Positions 24,673-39,309 of a stretch of DNA of 64,000 nt are shown piece after piece; within the stretch, counting starts at the first letter, position 1, and each line of letters starts with the position of its first letter. Under the pieces are notes generated by a model, which was given only the letters and a program-made list of their open reading frames with translations, was not told the DNA's origin and ran no database searches. Source of the DNA: Podarcis melisellensis (taxonomy: Eukaryota); assembly GCA_964234715.1 (NCBI GenBank), contig OZ174277.1; one strand, written 5' to 3'. The translations under genes were made by a program, and so were the position numbers.

Positions 24673-24733
24673 CTTTGCAGTTTTTCCTCCAGCACTTCCA
24701 TGTACCTGAGAATATCTTCCTTCAACTTCTTCT
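24673..24733 (-). CDS. DISC1: DISC1 internal coding exon, equivalent to human exon 10 (61 bp)
   Basis: Minus strand reads ...gccttatag|AG AAG AAG TTG AAG GAA GAT ATT CTC AGG TAC ATG GAA GTG CTG GAG GAA AAA CTG CAA AG|gtaaag = (E)KKLKEDILRYMEVLEEKLQ(S). This matches recalled human ETSVKENTMKYMETLKNKLCS in length and phase. The terminal AG joins the first C of the next exon to give AGC (Ser). Confidence 0.93.
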
Positions 24734-25280
24734 CTATAAGGCAAAAACAAAGTTTGTGTCATTTGGGGGGGCAGTATCTTATAGCAATTATTTTGAAGAG
24801 AGAATTTTGCTCATTTTTGCATCATAGAAAAGCAAAAGTTTAATTGGGCTTTCTTCCCTTTGAATTTCAGACTACAACCATGAATCTAAAATTATACAAA
24901 TCTATGTTACTTAATAAAGCTCATAAATAAATAAATAAATAGCCAGCTGCTGAACACTATGGGTGAAACAGAAGTGAAAGGGAATGGTACTGTTCACAGA
25001 AAGAAGTACTCAAACATTTAAAAGTGAAGAAACATCTTGGCTTATCTACTAGGATGGCCCATCTACTGAGTATTATCTTTCAAATGGGATGAAACCTACT
25101 TCAGTAGCCCAGGCTATCACAATCTTTATTAGAACTAAAACATTCCAGAGTTTTTATTTATCTGCATAACATCCCTTAGCATCTGAGAACTTGTTATATA
25201 AACTAGAGAAGTAGCCATATTCATCTTTTGCAGCAAAAATAACACAAGTCTTGTGGCACTTTAAAGATGAAGAAATTTAT

Positions 25281-25839
25281 TGTTATAGATCGGGGGGGGG
25301 TCCCCCTAAACCCTAGGAATGAATAAATACTAGGATTTTTATTAATCAGGATATGGATTAAAGCACAAACTGCAAAACTGTGCCAGACAGGGAATTCCTG
25401 GACTGGCTTATGCAAACCAGCCTGGCTGGGTGAACAGCAAACCGGTTCACATGACAAAAGGTGTTGATGGGCCATTGGGAAGTGAGACGTTACCAGTGTG
25501 ATGGGGTGTATGTTTGAGGGGACAGGAAAAGGGGTTTCTGGGAAGAAGAAGTTGGAAGAAGGGGAAAGATCCATCTTGCGAGAGGCTGGCTGCAGGCAGC
25601 ATACACTGCTGCCTCTTGGAATGACTATGCTATAAGATCTGGACTCCCTACATGCAGACCAAAGGTGTAAATAGGTGAATAAACTCTTTTTCTTAAAGCA
25701 CGACAGTCTCCACTGGGTCTTCCATTCTCCAAAGGGACACAGACCGTGTGTGTGTGTGCGTGCGCACGCACGCCTGGGACGCCATGGGCTCTTGCCACTG
25801 CTCAGCAGAGAGGGGGACAGGCACCCAGCTGTTGTAACA
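25281..25839 (+). mobile_element. Solo LTR (559 bp; Gypsy- or ERV1-type)
   Basis: TGTTA...TAACA inverted termini, 4-bp TSD TTAT (25277-80 and 25840-43), AATAAA at 25678-25683 giving + orientation. Confidence 0.82.
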
Positions 25840-28800
25840 TTATTATGGGGCTATAGGCCACTTCAACAGATGCTTGTTAACTTAGTTGCAGGTGTGCATA
25901 AACGTGGCTGTAGGGAGAATTGTTATAGGGGGAAGTGGGAGGGAGATGAAAAGTAGAAAAGTAAATATTGTGATAAGGAGTGAACCATGCTGACCTCCTC
26001 ATCCACTCAACCCTTCCCTTCTCGCACCCGGTAACCAACCCACCCACTGGGAGACTGGTGTAATGGCCCCATCCTACTAGGTAAGCCTCTTATGTACTAA
26101 CTTCCCTTCTGCGCTGTCCTTGTACTTTGACTCACATGATATTTCAATGGAATCTCAAGTTCAAATTTAGCAGTAAAAGAAGAAATTCAACTACCCCTAT
26201 GAGATAGAAGAACTAAAAATACATTGGCAGAAGAGTTGTATTTGTTCACATTTAAAAATCAGTCTCCATCTCTCTTGCTCTGAAGATCAGTGTGCTTTTT
26301 AAAGTCAATTTTAATTAAAAAGTAATATGCAGAGGAAATAAACCAATTCTACAATGCACATACGGTACCACTCCTCATATGAAGAGAGCGAGCCAAAATT
26401 TCACCCTAGCTGTCCAAGTTACAATTCTGACATTCCCTCCACTAGACCTTAAATAGCTCCTGGTATTAGAATTTCTGAAGCAGGACTGTAGACCGATTCA
26501 CACACAGGCCAAGAGTGGGGCATGTACACACCCTCCCCATTCACACATTAATATGAGCTGGCTTCCCTTTTGATGTACCTCCACCCACTTTTCATGGCAT
26601 TTACACAAACGACCCTAGTTACATTCAAGATTCTCTACAAGGTGTGGAAGGGGCACAACCCCAAGACTTGGTCCCACAGCCAATTTATGTACTGCCTTTA
26701 CACCTGAGGCAGGCATTTCCCTTAATTCTTCTAATCCTCCACTGCTCAGCACCGGGCTATGAACCTACAGAGAAGAATGTAATCACATCCTTGAATCACA
26801 GTGCATTCTAGAACAAAAGTAAAAACCAATTTGCCAACCTCTACTGATGTGACAGTTGCAAACACTTTCACTTAAACATGTGATAAGTTCTTTCCTAATA
26901 GGAAGCTTTGATGCTCCCACTTTAGTGCTCTTCTACCTGTTCCCATCTTTACATGGCCTTGGAACATGACACATTCCAACTCAGGTTTTCTCTCTTCCCC
27001 CCTGACATAAAACGTCAATAGAGATTAATAATTGGAGGGGAAGGTGGGGAATCTGTTTCACACTTACTTTGTTTCCAACTAATACTGCAATGTATTATGT
27101 TACATGAATGATAAACCCTAGTTCCAATTTCTCCTGCTGTGCTAGCGAGATTTTAATTGGATATTATCTGATACAGTAATTCTCACTTTTCACAGTTGTG
27201 TCCTATTCCCTACATACAATTTTACAATGCCCTTGAAGATATAGCTTAATAAATCAGCAATGCTCAATGACAAAAAAAAGTAATGAATAAGCAACCGCCA
27301 CTAGTTAAAAGTAGGTCAGCTATAAACTCCCTGGGAAACACTGTTAGGACATACACACATCTCCATCAAACATTTTAACTAGTTTAAAAGGATTAAGAAC
27401 ATCATACAATTCCCTCTGCTCACTGGGAATATGTGCTCCTCCCTTGATTTCTAGTATATATAGCTGGGCACTTTCATTTAAAGGCCCTTCAAAATCCCAA
27501 TAGTTCTACTTTCCTGCCAACAAATTGAAGGGAGAGAAAAACGCCATGAAAAGTATCTGGATTTTTCTCACCTTTGGACTATAGTCAAGCTATTGATCTG
27601 AAGGTTTAATTTAATGCAAATCAATAGCTGTAGCAGAGGGAAAAGAAAGTACTAGAGTGCAAACTTCCTTAATCTAGCCAAAAAAGAATGATATAAAGCT
27701 GGAAGGAGTTAGCTTAGGGGAAACTATGTGACTGCATTCTGTAAACATGTCAAAGGTTTTTTTTTTTTCAAATACAAGCAATGTCAATTTCTTTTTGTCT
27801 CTCTCTGTGGGTTTGTGTGTTCAGCTCTTATTGTTACTGAAGGGAGTTGTCCATATAAATACTATAAATATTGATGGAAGAAGAAAACAAAAGCATTTGA
27901 TGAAATAAAAAGTAGGGTTTTCCCATGGAATCACAAACTGGGGCAGGGGTAGCGAGGAATATGTACACTTGCTTTTGTTATTTCTCCCATCACATTTATT
28001 TGGGTTGCCATAATAGGGAAAGTCCTTAGCATCCAGGGATACCATGGAAGAATACTGCAAGACAAAAGGTCACGGATAATTTGCATACTTTCATTGTGCA
28101 TAAATGTATGCATGATGTGCCTTTAGCAGTGACTTTTATAGTATTCATTTTTCTGGAAGCAACTCTGCAATATTGAGAGCAGCTTCAGATGTGTGGAAAG
28201 AAAGACAGCCTGCTGGGTGCAAACAGTCTTCAGGTGGTGGCACTTGATCATCTTGTCCACTAGGGAAATTATCCTTCAAATGAGATGAATAAGTACTACT
28301 AGCTTGATCTGGAAGAAGCCACAAATAGGGCTGGCCAATCTATCGAGTTCATGTTTACAATCTGAACTGGCTGGGATGATCAAACTCTCCACCCCCACCC
28401 CCAGATCTTTAAAGGTGTGGCACAGCTGTAATGGTCCAGGCTGGATTTCAGCTCCATTCAGTTGTGCACTGAAGTCCTGTCATGCACTTTAAAACATACT
28501 AGCCAAAAGATCTCAATATCATCTGTGAACAAAATTATTGATTAAGCTTCAAGAATTATTTTTTCCCCAGTCTGATGTCAAAAGACCACAAAATTCAGGT
28601 AGCCTGTATACTAGCAAAAACAAACAAGGTAAGTATCAGAGCTGTACTGAATCCACATGAATAGTCATCACCAAAGCAGTGTTAGTTTGATTAATACAAC
28701 TCATCTGCACTGTGGTTTACCCCACATGCTATGGAATTAGCAGATTCATATGCATCCACCATGTGCCTTGTGACATCCCACACAAGCAGAAGAACATCAA

Positions 28801-29132
28801 AAGCTGCTGGATCAAACCAGAAGTCTGTTCTGACCAGGATGGGGAAGACTCCATTTGGTTGACCGAGTCCTCAGTTCCCCCACTCCCATGGCCACTTTGA
28901 CAAATGACACAAAAGGTCGAAAAAATGTCCTGGTCGTAGCTGCCATGTTATCTTGGGTTATTCCAGTCTTGATCATGCTAGTACTTTGTTTCTAGGGTCA
29001 ACTGATATGGATAAGCTCTCCTGTTCAAAAACGCACCTGAGTCATTCCCAAGTTCCCTCCATTTCCCTCCATGCAATTCAGTCCATGGCATACCTAAAAC
29101 AGGTAGCTCAAGCCAACACAGATGTTACTGAT

Positions 29133-29263
29133 CAGGGATGTCCAACCTATGGCCCTTCAGGTGTTATTGGACTGTGGTTTCCATCAGTCCCATCCAGCAT
29201 GGTCAATAGTTTGGGATGATGGGAGTTGCAACCCATTTGGAGGGCCACAGGTTAGCGACACTC
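29133..29263. mobile_element. hAT (Charlie-like) MITE
   Basis: cagggatgtccaacctatggcccttcag ... ttggagggccacaggtt, internally palindromic (cccatc / gatggga). Confidence 0.7.
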
Positions 29264-29302
29264 TTTTTGTAATCAACTGTTCTATAATAGTATTAAATAG
29301 CA

Positions 29303-29475
29303 TTAAGAACATAATGTAGCTTGAATCAGGTGAATGGTCCATCTGCTCCAGCATCCTGTTCTCACAGTGGTCAACCAGATGCCTATGGGAAGTGCAAAAC
29401 CAGGACCTGAGTGCAACAGCACTCTTCCCACATGGGTCTCCCAGCAACTGGCACTCAACATGGTTATCATGGAGA
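29303..29475 (-). mobile_element. CR1 LINE 3' end fragment
   Basis: taagaacataa..ggtccatct..ccagcatcctgttctcacagtgg is the reverse complement of a typical squamate CR1 3' UTR. Confidence 0.7.
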
Positions 29476-29639
29476 GCATCAATTCAAACAAAACAAGGTA
29501 ATTAGGTGTGTGAATGAGAAGCGCATGCTCAGACACATCGTTCATTGATGTTTCTTCTGCAATTGCTGCCACTAACAAAGACACATCCTGCTTTTCTTCT
29601 TAAAGAGTGATTTGCCTCTTCAGCTACCATAACCGAAAT

Positions 29640-29733
29640 GGTATCTGAAGAAGTGTGCATGCACATGAAAGCTTAAACCCAGAACAAACTTAGTTGGTCT
29701 CGAAGGTGCTACTGGACAATTTTTTATTTATTT
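29640..29733 (+). mobile_element. Penelope-like element terminal fragment
   Basis: tctgaagaagtgtgcatgcacatgaaagctt...aacttagttggtctcgaaggtgctactgga resembles lizard Penelope termini; a weaker inverted copy lies near 42740-42812. Confidence 0.6.
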
Positions 29734-32700
29734 GAAATGCTCATTAGTTAACCAATGACAGATTTTTCATGCGATACCTGAAAGCCTATTTTGCATGTGT
29801 TTTCAAGGCACCCGTTGCTGCACCAGCTGTGTCTGCAGAACAAGTGTGGCACCTCAGTACCATTTTGCCTTAAATCTTGAATTATACCATTAGACATGAA
29901 TGACTGAACAACAATCTTTCTGTTAAATACAAACCACAGTAAAATATCCCCTCCAGAAATTCATTCTAATGAGAAAGTCAAGTGGCAGAGTCCCATGCCA
30001 AATTCTTCTTCCCTCTTGAAATTTGTAATACTGTTCATTGGGCTGGCTACTCTTGTTTATGCATTTGGGGAGATCCCAGGAGCCCAAAGACGCCTATTCA
30101 TCCAATAAAACAACATGGAATTTTGTGCAGCAATTCATCCAGAAGATCTTAATTCATTACAAAGGCATGTCAGGAATGCCAATGCTTTGTGAAGCAAACC
30201 AATCTCTCCCTGAATTTCAGATCCTAGCTTCTTAAGTGGATATTGAAGGTGACTTGTGTAAATACGACATGTATCTTAATATGTGATTGTATTATTTATA
30301 TCTGCTTTTATTTATATTTTAAAATGTTTAGGTCAGCTTGTTTTTCAACATCAGATTTTACCAGTATTTTAATGTGTGTTTTATGTAAACACCTTAGAAG
30401 CTTTGATGATTAAGCAATATGCAACTCCTGTTAAATAAATAAAAAATAAATAGAACAGGGGTAATATTGTCACTTTCAAGAAACTGATAATGGCAAGATC
30501 GTCACTGTCAACTGGCAGATGAAACTGACACATACTTGTCCTTGCCCAAGAACAACAAATGGTGACAAAAACACTGTCCCTTGGGCTTGTTCAAAAAAGA
30601 GGAACAAGGAGCAAAGTCTCTGAAACAGATAGGTTTGCATGCTAAAGGCTAGAAATAGCATGGATCACAAAATAGAGCATATCTAAAAAGAAGTAAAGAA
30701 AAGGCCATTACTACTAGTTATTGGGATGGGGTAGGAAATCCTTGAGGTAACATCAAACAGGTACTGAAGTTATGGGGAGAGGCAGTCCAGGAGAGCAATT
30801 ACCGGTAACTTTTGTGATGACCACCTTAGCTACCATTTTGAGAAGGCTACAGGGGACCCATGAATTGGCTAAACCTGGGCAAAGTTAAGGGAAGGTGCTA
30901 TCTGTGGGTGTCATTAAAGGCACTCTACATTCCCCCCAGAAATCTCAGTACTTCATCTACCACAGCACAGATGTTCATGGTCCTCAACTATAATGAGTTA
31001 TTTAATTATTTATTCTTTCAAATGCTTATATCCTGGCTTCCAGCCTAAAATGTCCCCAAGGTGGCTGAGAACAAAAAATGAAAGCATAAAAGGACTATGA
31101 AAACGGTGCAACAACTACCAACCAGAGCTGGATAAAGGCATTCAAAATAGCACGTGTAAAAACTCCATTTAGCTATTACAAAAGGATCCAACAAACAAAA
31201 TAGCATTATTATTTTATGCTTGTTATTTACACCATTTTTATACTGCTAAACATATTTTAAAATACCTCTAGGTGTACAGAAAACTGAGGCAACAACAGAG
31301 AACTTAATATTATAAAAATGCAGTTACTTTTCTATAAATCAATATAAATGCATTTTTCCTTCTGACACACCCTCCCTCTCAGTCTGCAGGTTCTCACCCA
31401 GGGTCTATGCAAACTGTCAGCTCACCTGCAAAAGCTTCCCAACAAGAAGAGTTCCTGGAAGCAGTGGACATTACCCTAATCTCTCACTTGAGACTTGCTT
31501 TTTCCAAGCCCAAAGTGGAGGCCCACAGCTGTGTCCCATTCAGCTGCACTTTCCACACTCAGTTCCAGATACAGCAGGTGTGTTGAATTTCCCAATGGGT
31601 TCAAAGGATGGAGAAGGGCCCCCCCTCCACTCACAGCTGTTTTTTCACCCTCCTCTTCCTCCAGCTGTTTTTTTAAACTCCCAGTAAAATAAATCTGCAG
31701 TGCAATCAGCATCTACCCACCAACTAGAATTGCGGGTGATTTAAAGTGCAAACTACAAGCAATAATGAATAATTTTCAAGTGGCATTTTGCAAAAGAGCT
31801 TTTGCAAAGTTGCTACCTCTGTATAAGCGCACAAAGAGAGTGTCACGGGCCACTTTGTGCTATTAACGTCACCAGTTTAATTTCCTATACAAGCAATGAC
31901 TTCTGCTGGGTGAGATTTAACGAACATGTATTGCCCTGTATTTCTTAAACCACATCTGAATATAGAAATAATTGGCTACATAGCAATATGTGAAATGCAG
32001 TAGTAATGATCCCACCTTTGGAAGTTTGGAAATGCAAGTGCAGAGCTTTCCATGCCACATGTATGTTAGCCCTGAAATGAACCGGGGGACAAGTTATGCA
32101 AACAGTTTTGTGCTCTTCAAAATGCAATTCTTACTACGTAATTCTCTTGGAAAGCACTTGGAAAGTATGTTTAAAAAATGCAGGTAATATTTTTGTTTTA
32201 AATCCAGACAAAGGCTTTTTAAAATGGCAGGTAGTAGTGCACACTAACAGGAAAATTCAATTTTCCAAGCGTTGTTTTTAAAGTTAGGGGGGTTTTTTCG
32301 CACCAGCACAACAACAAGATGGGTTTAAAAGGAGCCTACAATGGAACAGTGCAGTCAGTGTCCTTTCACATGAAAACAAAATGGCAGCAGCTGAAGAAAT
32401 AATGACTGCTAAGAAACATGAAAAAAGTTGGTTTTAAAAGGGGCCTTCAAAATGGCAGTTTTCACACAAATAACAAACAGCATGACATTGCAGCACAGCA
32501 CTAATGTATATACATAATCAGTTTATCCTACAGATTGAGAGAGTGGCTTGATAGAAGTCAGAAGATATCTAAGCTGACTTCTATGCTGTAACATTACCTG
32601 AGATAAGATGGCTAATGTTGCAACACTGTAATGCTGATATTTTTCATGTCCTAGACATCCCTTGTCTCACGGGGGCTTTTCCCCCTGTGGTAAATTCTAT

Positions 32701-35700
32701 TTTTTACTAATTGTGTTGTTGGGGGCTCTCACAATCATATACTTTTGACATTTTGCCATGTGGTTATTTAAATGAAAAACCTGCCCAAGCCAAAGAAACA
32801 TGGTTGTGTAAATCAGCACTTATGGCAGCAAGTGATCTGTTGCTCAGGGTTAAGTAAGAAATGTTGACAAAAATATAAAAGCAGCCTCCGCTGTTTTCTC
32901 TGCTCCCGATGGTGTGACTGTGGCTGTTGATGGCTCACTCTCTTATTTCCTCATATGGTGCTGACTCAAAATGTGACAGACTGACTTGCATGCCTTGCAT
33001 TTCATGGCCTTTCGGCCCCACTAAACAAATTTCTTTTCTTAAATATAGCATTTCATGCCAACTGGGGACAACCTTTTATGCATCTAGTTCAAACATATAC
33101 CACAATAAATGGGTTACTCTCTTCAACATGACCCCAAACTCCTTGTTTTTTCTAGGATTCTAATGCAGCCACACTTCTGAAAGAAGTGATAATGAGAGTT
33201 AAAACCTGCTAATTATATGCATACTTCCCAAACACATATGTAACGAGTTTTTATAGGACCAGGGTTCACAAATGTAGTTAAGCAAAAGCTGCTTTTCAAA
33301 CTCGTCCACAAACCTAAAATAAGCAGCTGATTTTTTTAATAGAATACTCTAAACATAAGAATTCTGAATATAGCTTTAACATCCAAATATCCAAATAACA
33401 TGGTAGTCCCTATAACCTGAAGTTGCTTAAATATGAAAAGTTGAAAGTGGACCCAATTTATAGTATAAGGAATTTTTTTAATAAGATTGTGAGGTGTACT
33501 TCACAAAGGAGACCCAGATACCACAATCTACCTGTACAACAAAGCAAATTAATTTAAATGGAAGACAGAACTGGTTACACTTCTGATTGTATACAAATTC
33601 AACCTAGATTGTTCCATGAGTGAATGTGTGTCATTGCTTCTTGACACACTTCTCTGTCACCACTGCCAGAGATAGGTTTACAGTTTCCCCTTATCATGAG
33701 GGATAAAATGCTTGAGCTGCTAGGTAACCTTTCTGACAGAAAGAGGAAGTTAATAGTATTTTGGTTTAAAGAGATAATGAAAGAAGCAATCCTATTACAT
33801 GTTTTTAAAAAAGGAAAATCTCCCTCAAGATTGTAATGGACAGTTTTAGGGCCAGCAGAAAATCATTTATTTCAATTATATACCACAGAAGCACTCTTAC
33901 AGTAATATCCAGGAGCTGAACAAACCTAGGAAAGAAAGGAAATTGAGAATGGAAAATGAAACCCTGCCCTCAACATTTTGTCAAGGACAGCCCATGAATG
34001 CAGGAGATAAAAGCCACTTGTTATAGGAAGCATCTACACACATTAGTAATACTCTTCTGTTTCTTTTGCACAACAGATACACACCTGCAACACCCCCTCT
34101 CCCCACAATCTATTGGCAAGAAATGCTGCTTATGTACACATATTAATTTAGCCTAGCATACATCACAAGGCATTCATTCATTCGATTTATTACCCATCCT
34201 TCACCAATAACTTCTGAAGAATCACAAATTTAGTCTGAAAAAAAATCATCTATATACATCATATGTTAATTACAAATTAACCCCTTAATTTACTCAGAAT
34301 ATGCTACAGAAGATTTGAGGGTTACTTTGATCCCTGAACAGTTCTATTTTTTCCTTTTCCTATTTTAGTAGAATGAAAATACTATATTTTCCCAAGATAG
34401 ATCATTTAATTGTGTGCTGAATATTGTATTCTTCACTGAATTGAATGCTTAGAAATATTGGGGAATCCACATGCATCCCAAGAGCAAGGCACCATTGGAC
34501 AGATCTGAATGAAATTGCAATATATTTTGATGTCCTTGTAGGTATAAAGGAGGATGAGAGAGGAATTGCAAAGCACTTCATAGAGTGAAAATGTGTGTGT
34601 GTGTGTAAATATTTGACATTTTACTCCTAGACACGTAGATGTTAATGTGTTTTAACCTCTTGTACTGTTTTGATTATCTTTAAATGTTTTAAATTGTTTT
34701 CATTGGTAATTTTAATATTTATTGTAAGGTGTTATTACTATCAACCAATACACACATTTTGTTAAAGAACAATAATCTGTGCAAGTGAAAATTGGCTTTT
34801 AAAAACTGTTTCACAGAAGTACCATGATCTTCACAAAGTCCTCATGAACCAAACGATTCACCATGAAAAATTATCCTTATTAAGCAAGGCCCAAGGTGTT
34901 CAAAGGAGCTTACTCCCAAGTATGTGTGCACAGGATTGCATCCTTGAGATTCCCTCAATAAATTTCTCTAGAATAAGGTTCCATTGCTTTCAACGGGACT
35001 TTCTTTTAAATCAGTCTGTTTAGACTATAGATGTGTACCTTGAACTTTTGTAAAGAATGGAGAGTTATAAACATTTCCAACAACTGACTGGCTGCTTTAA
35101 TGAAGTTAGTTAAAATTGCTGATGGCCATCTGGGTTTGTTCCAGTTAGCCTTTGTAAAGTGAGTGAAATATGAAAGCCAGTCACAAAACTCCGATGGGAA
35201 ACTGTAGTCAGACTTTCAATTCTGCTGTTATCTTACCACACATTTCCCAATCACAATTAGGAAATGCTTACAGATGAAAGATGTTTACTTGAAGACCAAG
35301 GCCAAGCTCCAAAGAATCATTTAATTAGCTATCTGAAATGGCAGCTCTCACCTGCTTAATAGTGAATTGCTTTTGAAATTCTGGAGCAATTTAAAAAATA
35401 CGTTGCTATATATGTCATGAAGGCCCACTGTTCAAAGGGGTGAAAACCCAAAACTTCCACTATATTGGCACAAACCCCTTGGCATGAGCGTAGCAGTTTA
35501 AATGCTGATAACTTTCCAAAAAGCAAGACTTGAATATTACTGGCAGAACATTACTTCATGATTAAATGGAAAAAACATACCCATACCGTTCTGATGATGC
35601 CCCATGAAAAGCTGCTCCAGGGGGTTACATGACCCTCCAGAACAGAGAGAGATCAAGGGTGGCTGCAGAGGAAAGGGGTAATTAAAAGAAATAAACTGCC

Positions 35701-38700
35701 CCCTTCAACAAGAGCTTCTACTGGACTGGAGTCCCTTCCACAAATGGAAGGTGCCCTTCCGTTTCTGGAAAATAAAATCTGCATCCAGTGTTCTCAGAAC
35801 AAGCTTTAATTCAGTGGTTAATATGGCTAAATCTCCAAGAAGCCATTCAGAAATGTACCGGTAACTTATATTTAAGAAAGAATTGCAAAGCACTTCATAC
35901 AGCTTTAACACAGGAACATTTTTTAACCGTTTTCTTCTAACATTACAGAAGAATAGTTATGCAAAAATTACTTGCTTCGTAGCAATTTGTACCCAATTAA
36001 ATTGGCAGCTATAACTTGTCTGTACATATATCTACACACACTCTGTCCCAAAGGATCATATATATTAAACACAAGTTAAGCCTGCTAGGATTTAATCTGT
36101 GTTGATTTGATGCTCCTTATGGGGCTTACTCTGCTATTTTGCTTAATTATTTTTCTCCTCTGCTCATCTGCAATATTGAATGGCAGTAATAATGAACTCA
36201 AATCATTGTACAAACCCCAATAGTAACCATTCATCGTTTGCTAATAGGACATTATATTTGCATTAGAATGTTCTGTTCAAAGCACAGTGTGTAAATTAGT
36301 TCAAAGGGTTACAGCCACAAATCTGAAACTAGAACATCAGGTCAATTAGCAGCTAAGCCAAAAGAGTTGAAAAGAAGAGACTGTATAGTGATTAAAATTC
36401 AAATGGAGTGTTCTCAGAGCCAAACTAGACTTACAGGCAATAGATGTGTATGTTAAAACATGGATCTGCCACAGTCTCATAGAAAGAGGGCAGGTAGAGA
36501 TATATATTTTAATAGCTGGGTTTGTAAGTTAGGAGTACAGAACTCTTCCCTCAATCAATAGCTTAGCTGTGTGCCAGTTGATGTCTTCGTTAGAGTGCTG
36601 GAATACCAAAACAAGGCAATAATTTTGCCTTCCCTTGGTTTGAGGGAAAGAAAAATAGGGCTGGATATCACTGACACGCTGAAGACACCATGATCTAAAT
36701 TTCCAGGTTACTTCCCTCAGTGGTTTTATCTAGATGTTAAATAGCATGGGGGATAACACAGAATCCTGCAGGAGTTGAGCAAAGGTCCCCCAATAGCATC
36801 TTCTAGAAATGACTGTCCGGCTACAGGCAGAACCACTTGAAAATTGGTGCCACAGCTGTCCACCTCAGCCTCTCTAGGTGCATATTATGGTCAATGACAC
36901 TGAAAACCATTGAGTGTCCCAGGAGAATCAACAAGGTGACACCCCTCCTTTCTATTCTAGCAAAGGATAAGTTTCAGTACGAAGCCATTGTTAAGCTCCA
37001 ATGAACATAGAAAACAAGAAATTTAAGAGGTGTAGCTGTCTATATAGAACTAGGGAAAATTCCAAAGCTTCAGGGAGGAACTGCTATAACCTATTACATT
37101 TTCTTTTTTCTTTCATACCTCCTTTTCCTCCCCTGCCTCTTTCCCCCTCCCCCCAACCTCCACTATTACCTTTCTCTCCTGTCTTCTCCATACCTTATTA
37201 TACAGTATAGAACATAGAAAATGAAATCCTACAATAATTACTTTTAAAGGACATCACTATTATATGCAACCAATGTGTCCTAAAATGATATTGAGAACAG
37301 TGTTGCACTCCCATGGGCCTCTATAATGTGTTGTTCACCTTACTTCACATCCTGTCTTTACACTCTGCCCTTCCCTATCCCTGAAATATCAGTGGCTACT
37401 TCCACTGGTGGTTTTCAGTAGCAGCTCTGCATACCTAGTAATGTGTAGCCTAGCCCTTATTAGAATTTTATGAAGCAGGTTTTCGCCTGCTGCTTGATTT
37501 TTATGTTGAACCAATTGCACTAATCCTCCTGAGAGAAAAGCATTACAGTAATACATGTTACGTACTTTGGTTTTAACCTGACTCATGTATACAGCTATTT
37601 TCTGTGTTTGCTCTAATGACAGAGGAAAAGTAATGGTACAATTATTTTCAAGTACAAGTTACATTAGCATTTGAGTAGTAAAAAAATAAGTCAAAGACAG
37701 GCAGAGAGAGAAAGACAGACAGACAGACAACCTGGATGAATTGAGGAAAGCTCTGTTGTACCTTTCAAGTTAATGAATAAAGACCTAAAAGTGTTTCACT
37801 GTGAACTAATAGCATAAATGTGTTTTATGTAGCTTACATTGATAGCTTTTACACATGAGTCAGGAGCAAAATCAGCCTTGGCTAATGTCTTGATGACTTT
37901 TCTAAATCAGCTGTGATTGTTCTAACAGGAACACCGAAAGAACAAAAATATAAAAATTGTTATTAAACATGCTTTCCTGTACTGTAATTTGAAAATTAAA
38001 TCGGAATAATTTGCTGCTGCTGTTTTTAAAACAGTTTGAATCAAACATGTGCATTAGTGCACCCACACTTCAAACATTTCAAATAATTTATACAAACAGC
38101 AGCTCAAGAAAAACCGCAGAGGAAACAGAGGTGTTAAATGATCACCTCAGATCAAGGGGCCATTGCAGTTCTCTCAGTTCTTCCAGCTTTTTGGGAAAGA
38201 TGTGCAAAAGGAACATTGAGGACCTTCCCTTTATGCTTTCCAAGGGGAGGCTTCAATTAGTGTAAATGGACAGGTAGTTGGTCCTATTGAACACATAATA
38301 GATGGGATGTATAATCCCCAATTAAAGGCACTGGGAGTCAAGCCCTTTCATCTTCAGGTCTCCATGTTTCTCACTTCCAGTCAGGCTGGGAAAAGTAACA
38401 CAGAAATTCTCTTCATTCTTTTTGTGCCTCTACTAATCATGCTGTCCATGCTGTTATGCAAGCTAATCTTGTTAACATGGAATAAGGCAGCAACTTGCAG
38501 TATCACAAGTAATTTGCCATTCACCTGGATCCCAGAAGCAGCAGCAAATGCCTTCCAAAGCAAGCAGCAAAATATGCTTGCACCTGCTTTTAACAACACT
38601 CTGCCAGTTGCTGAAGATGGTGCCCTAACTCCATGTTTCAACAACTCTTAAACAATTGAGGGCAGTGAGACAGGATTTTTTTTTTTTGTACACATGATAA

Positions 38701-38721
38701 TTCTTCCTTATTCTTCTGTAT

Positions 38722-38839
38722 CAGCCTTCCCCAACCTGCTACCATCCAAATGTTTAAAACTACAACTCCCATCAGTCCAGACAGAATGGCCAATGGTTGA
38801 AGTCCAAAACATCTGGAAGGCACCAGGGTGACAAAGCTG
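38722..38839. mobile_element. hAT-derived MITE
   Basis: cagccttccccaacctg ... cagggtgacaaagctg with the actacaactcccatca core. Confidence 0.65.
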
Positions 38840-39309
38840 TTCTCTTTGTTTAAATATTGCAGCTTTAATCGTGCTTGCAATTTACATAGGACAGGCATTC
38901 GACTAATGGGACTGTAACTCCTGGCCTATCCTTGTGCCCTTTTTAAAAACTGGTGTTATGTTGATTACCTTGCATCCTGCAGGTGCTCATTCTTCTAGAT
39001 TTGTATAATTTTGCCACAACAAATGTTATTATGACATCAGTTAAAAGGACTGCTGTTATTCCCAATGACCTGAAGTAAAATTACATAATCCCAGAGCCAG
39101 TTCACAAAGAGGAACAGTACGTATTGCATAAACACGCCATGTATTGATTCTTGCAGTAATTGCCATGATCACAGCTGCATGTTTTGGAGCCACTGGAAGA
39201 AGAGCATATCACTGAAATGAACAGAATAAAGCAGGCTGGAGAGGGGTGGAATTGAGTATCATCAAGTGAGAGTGGAAAGGGCGGAAAGGACATAAGAGGA
39301 ACTGGAATA

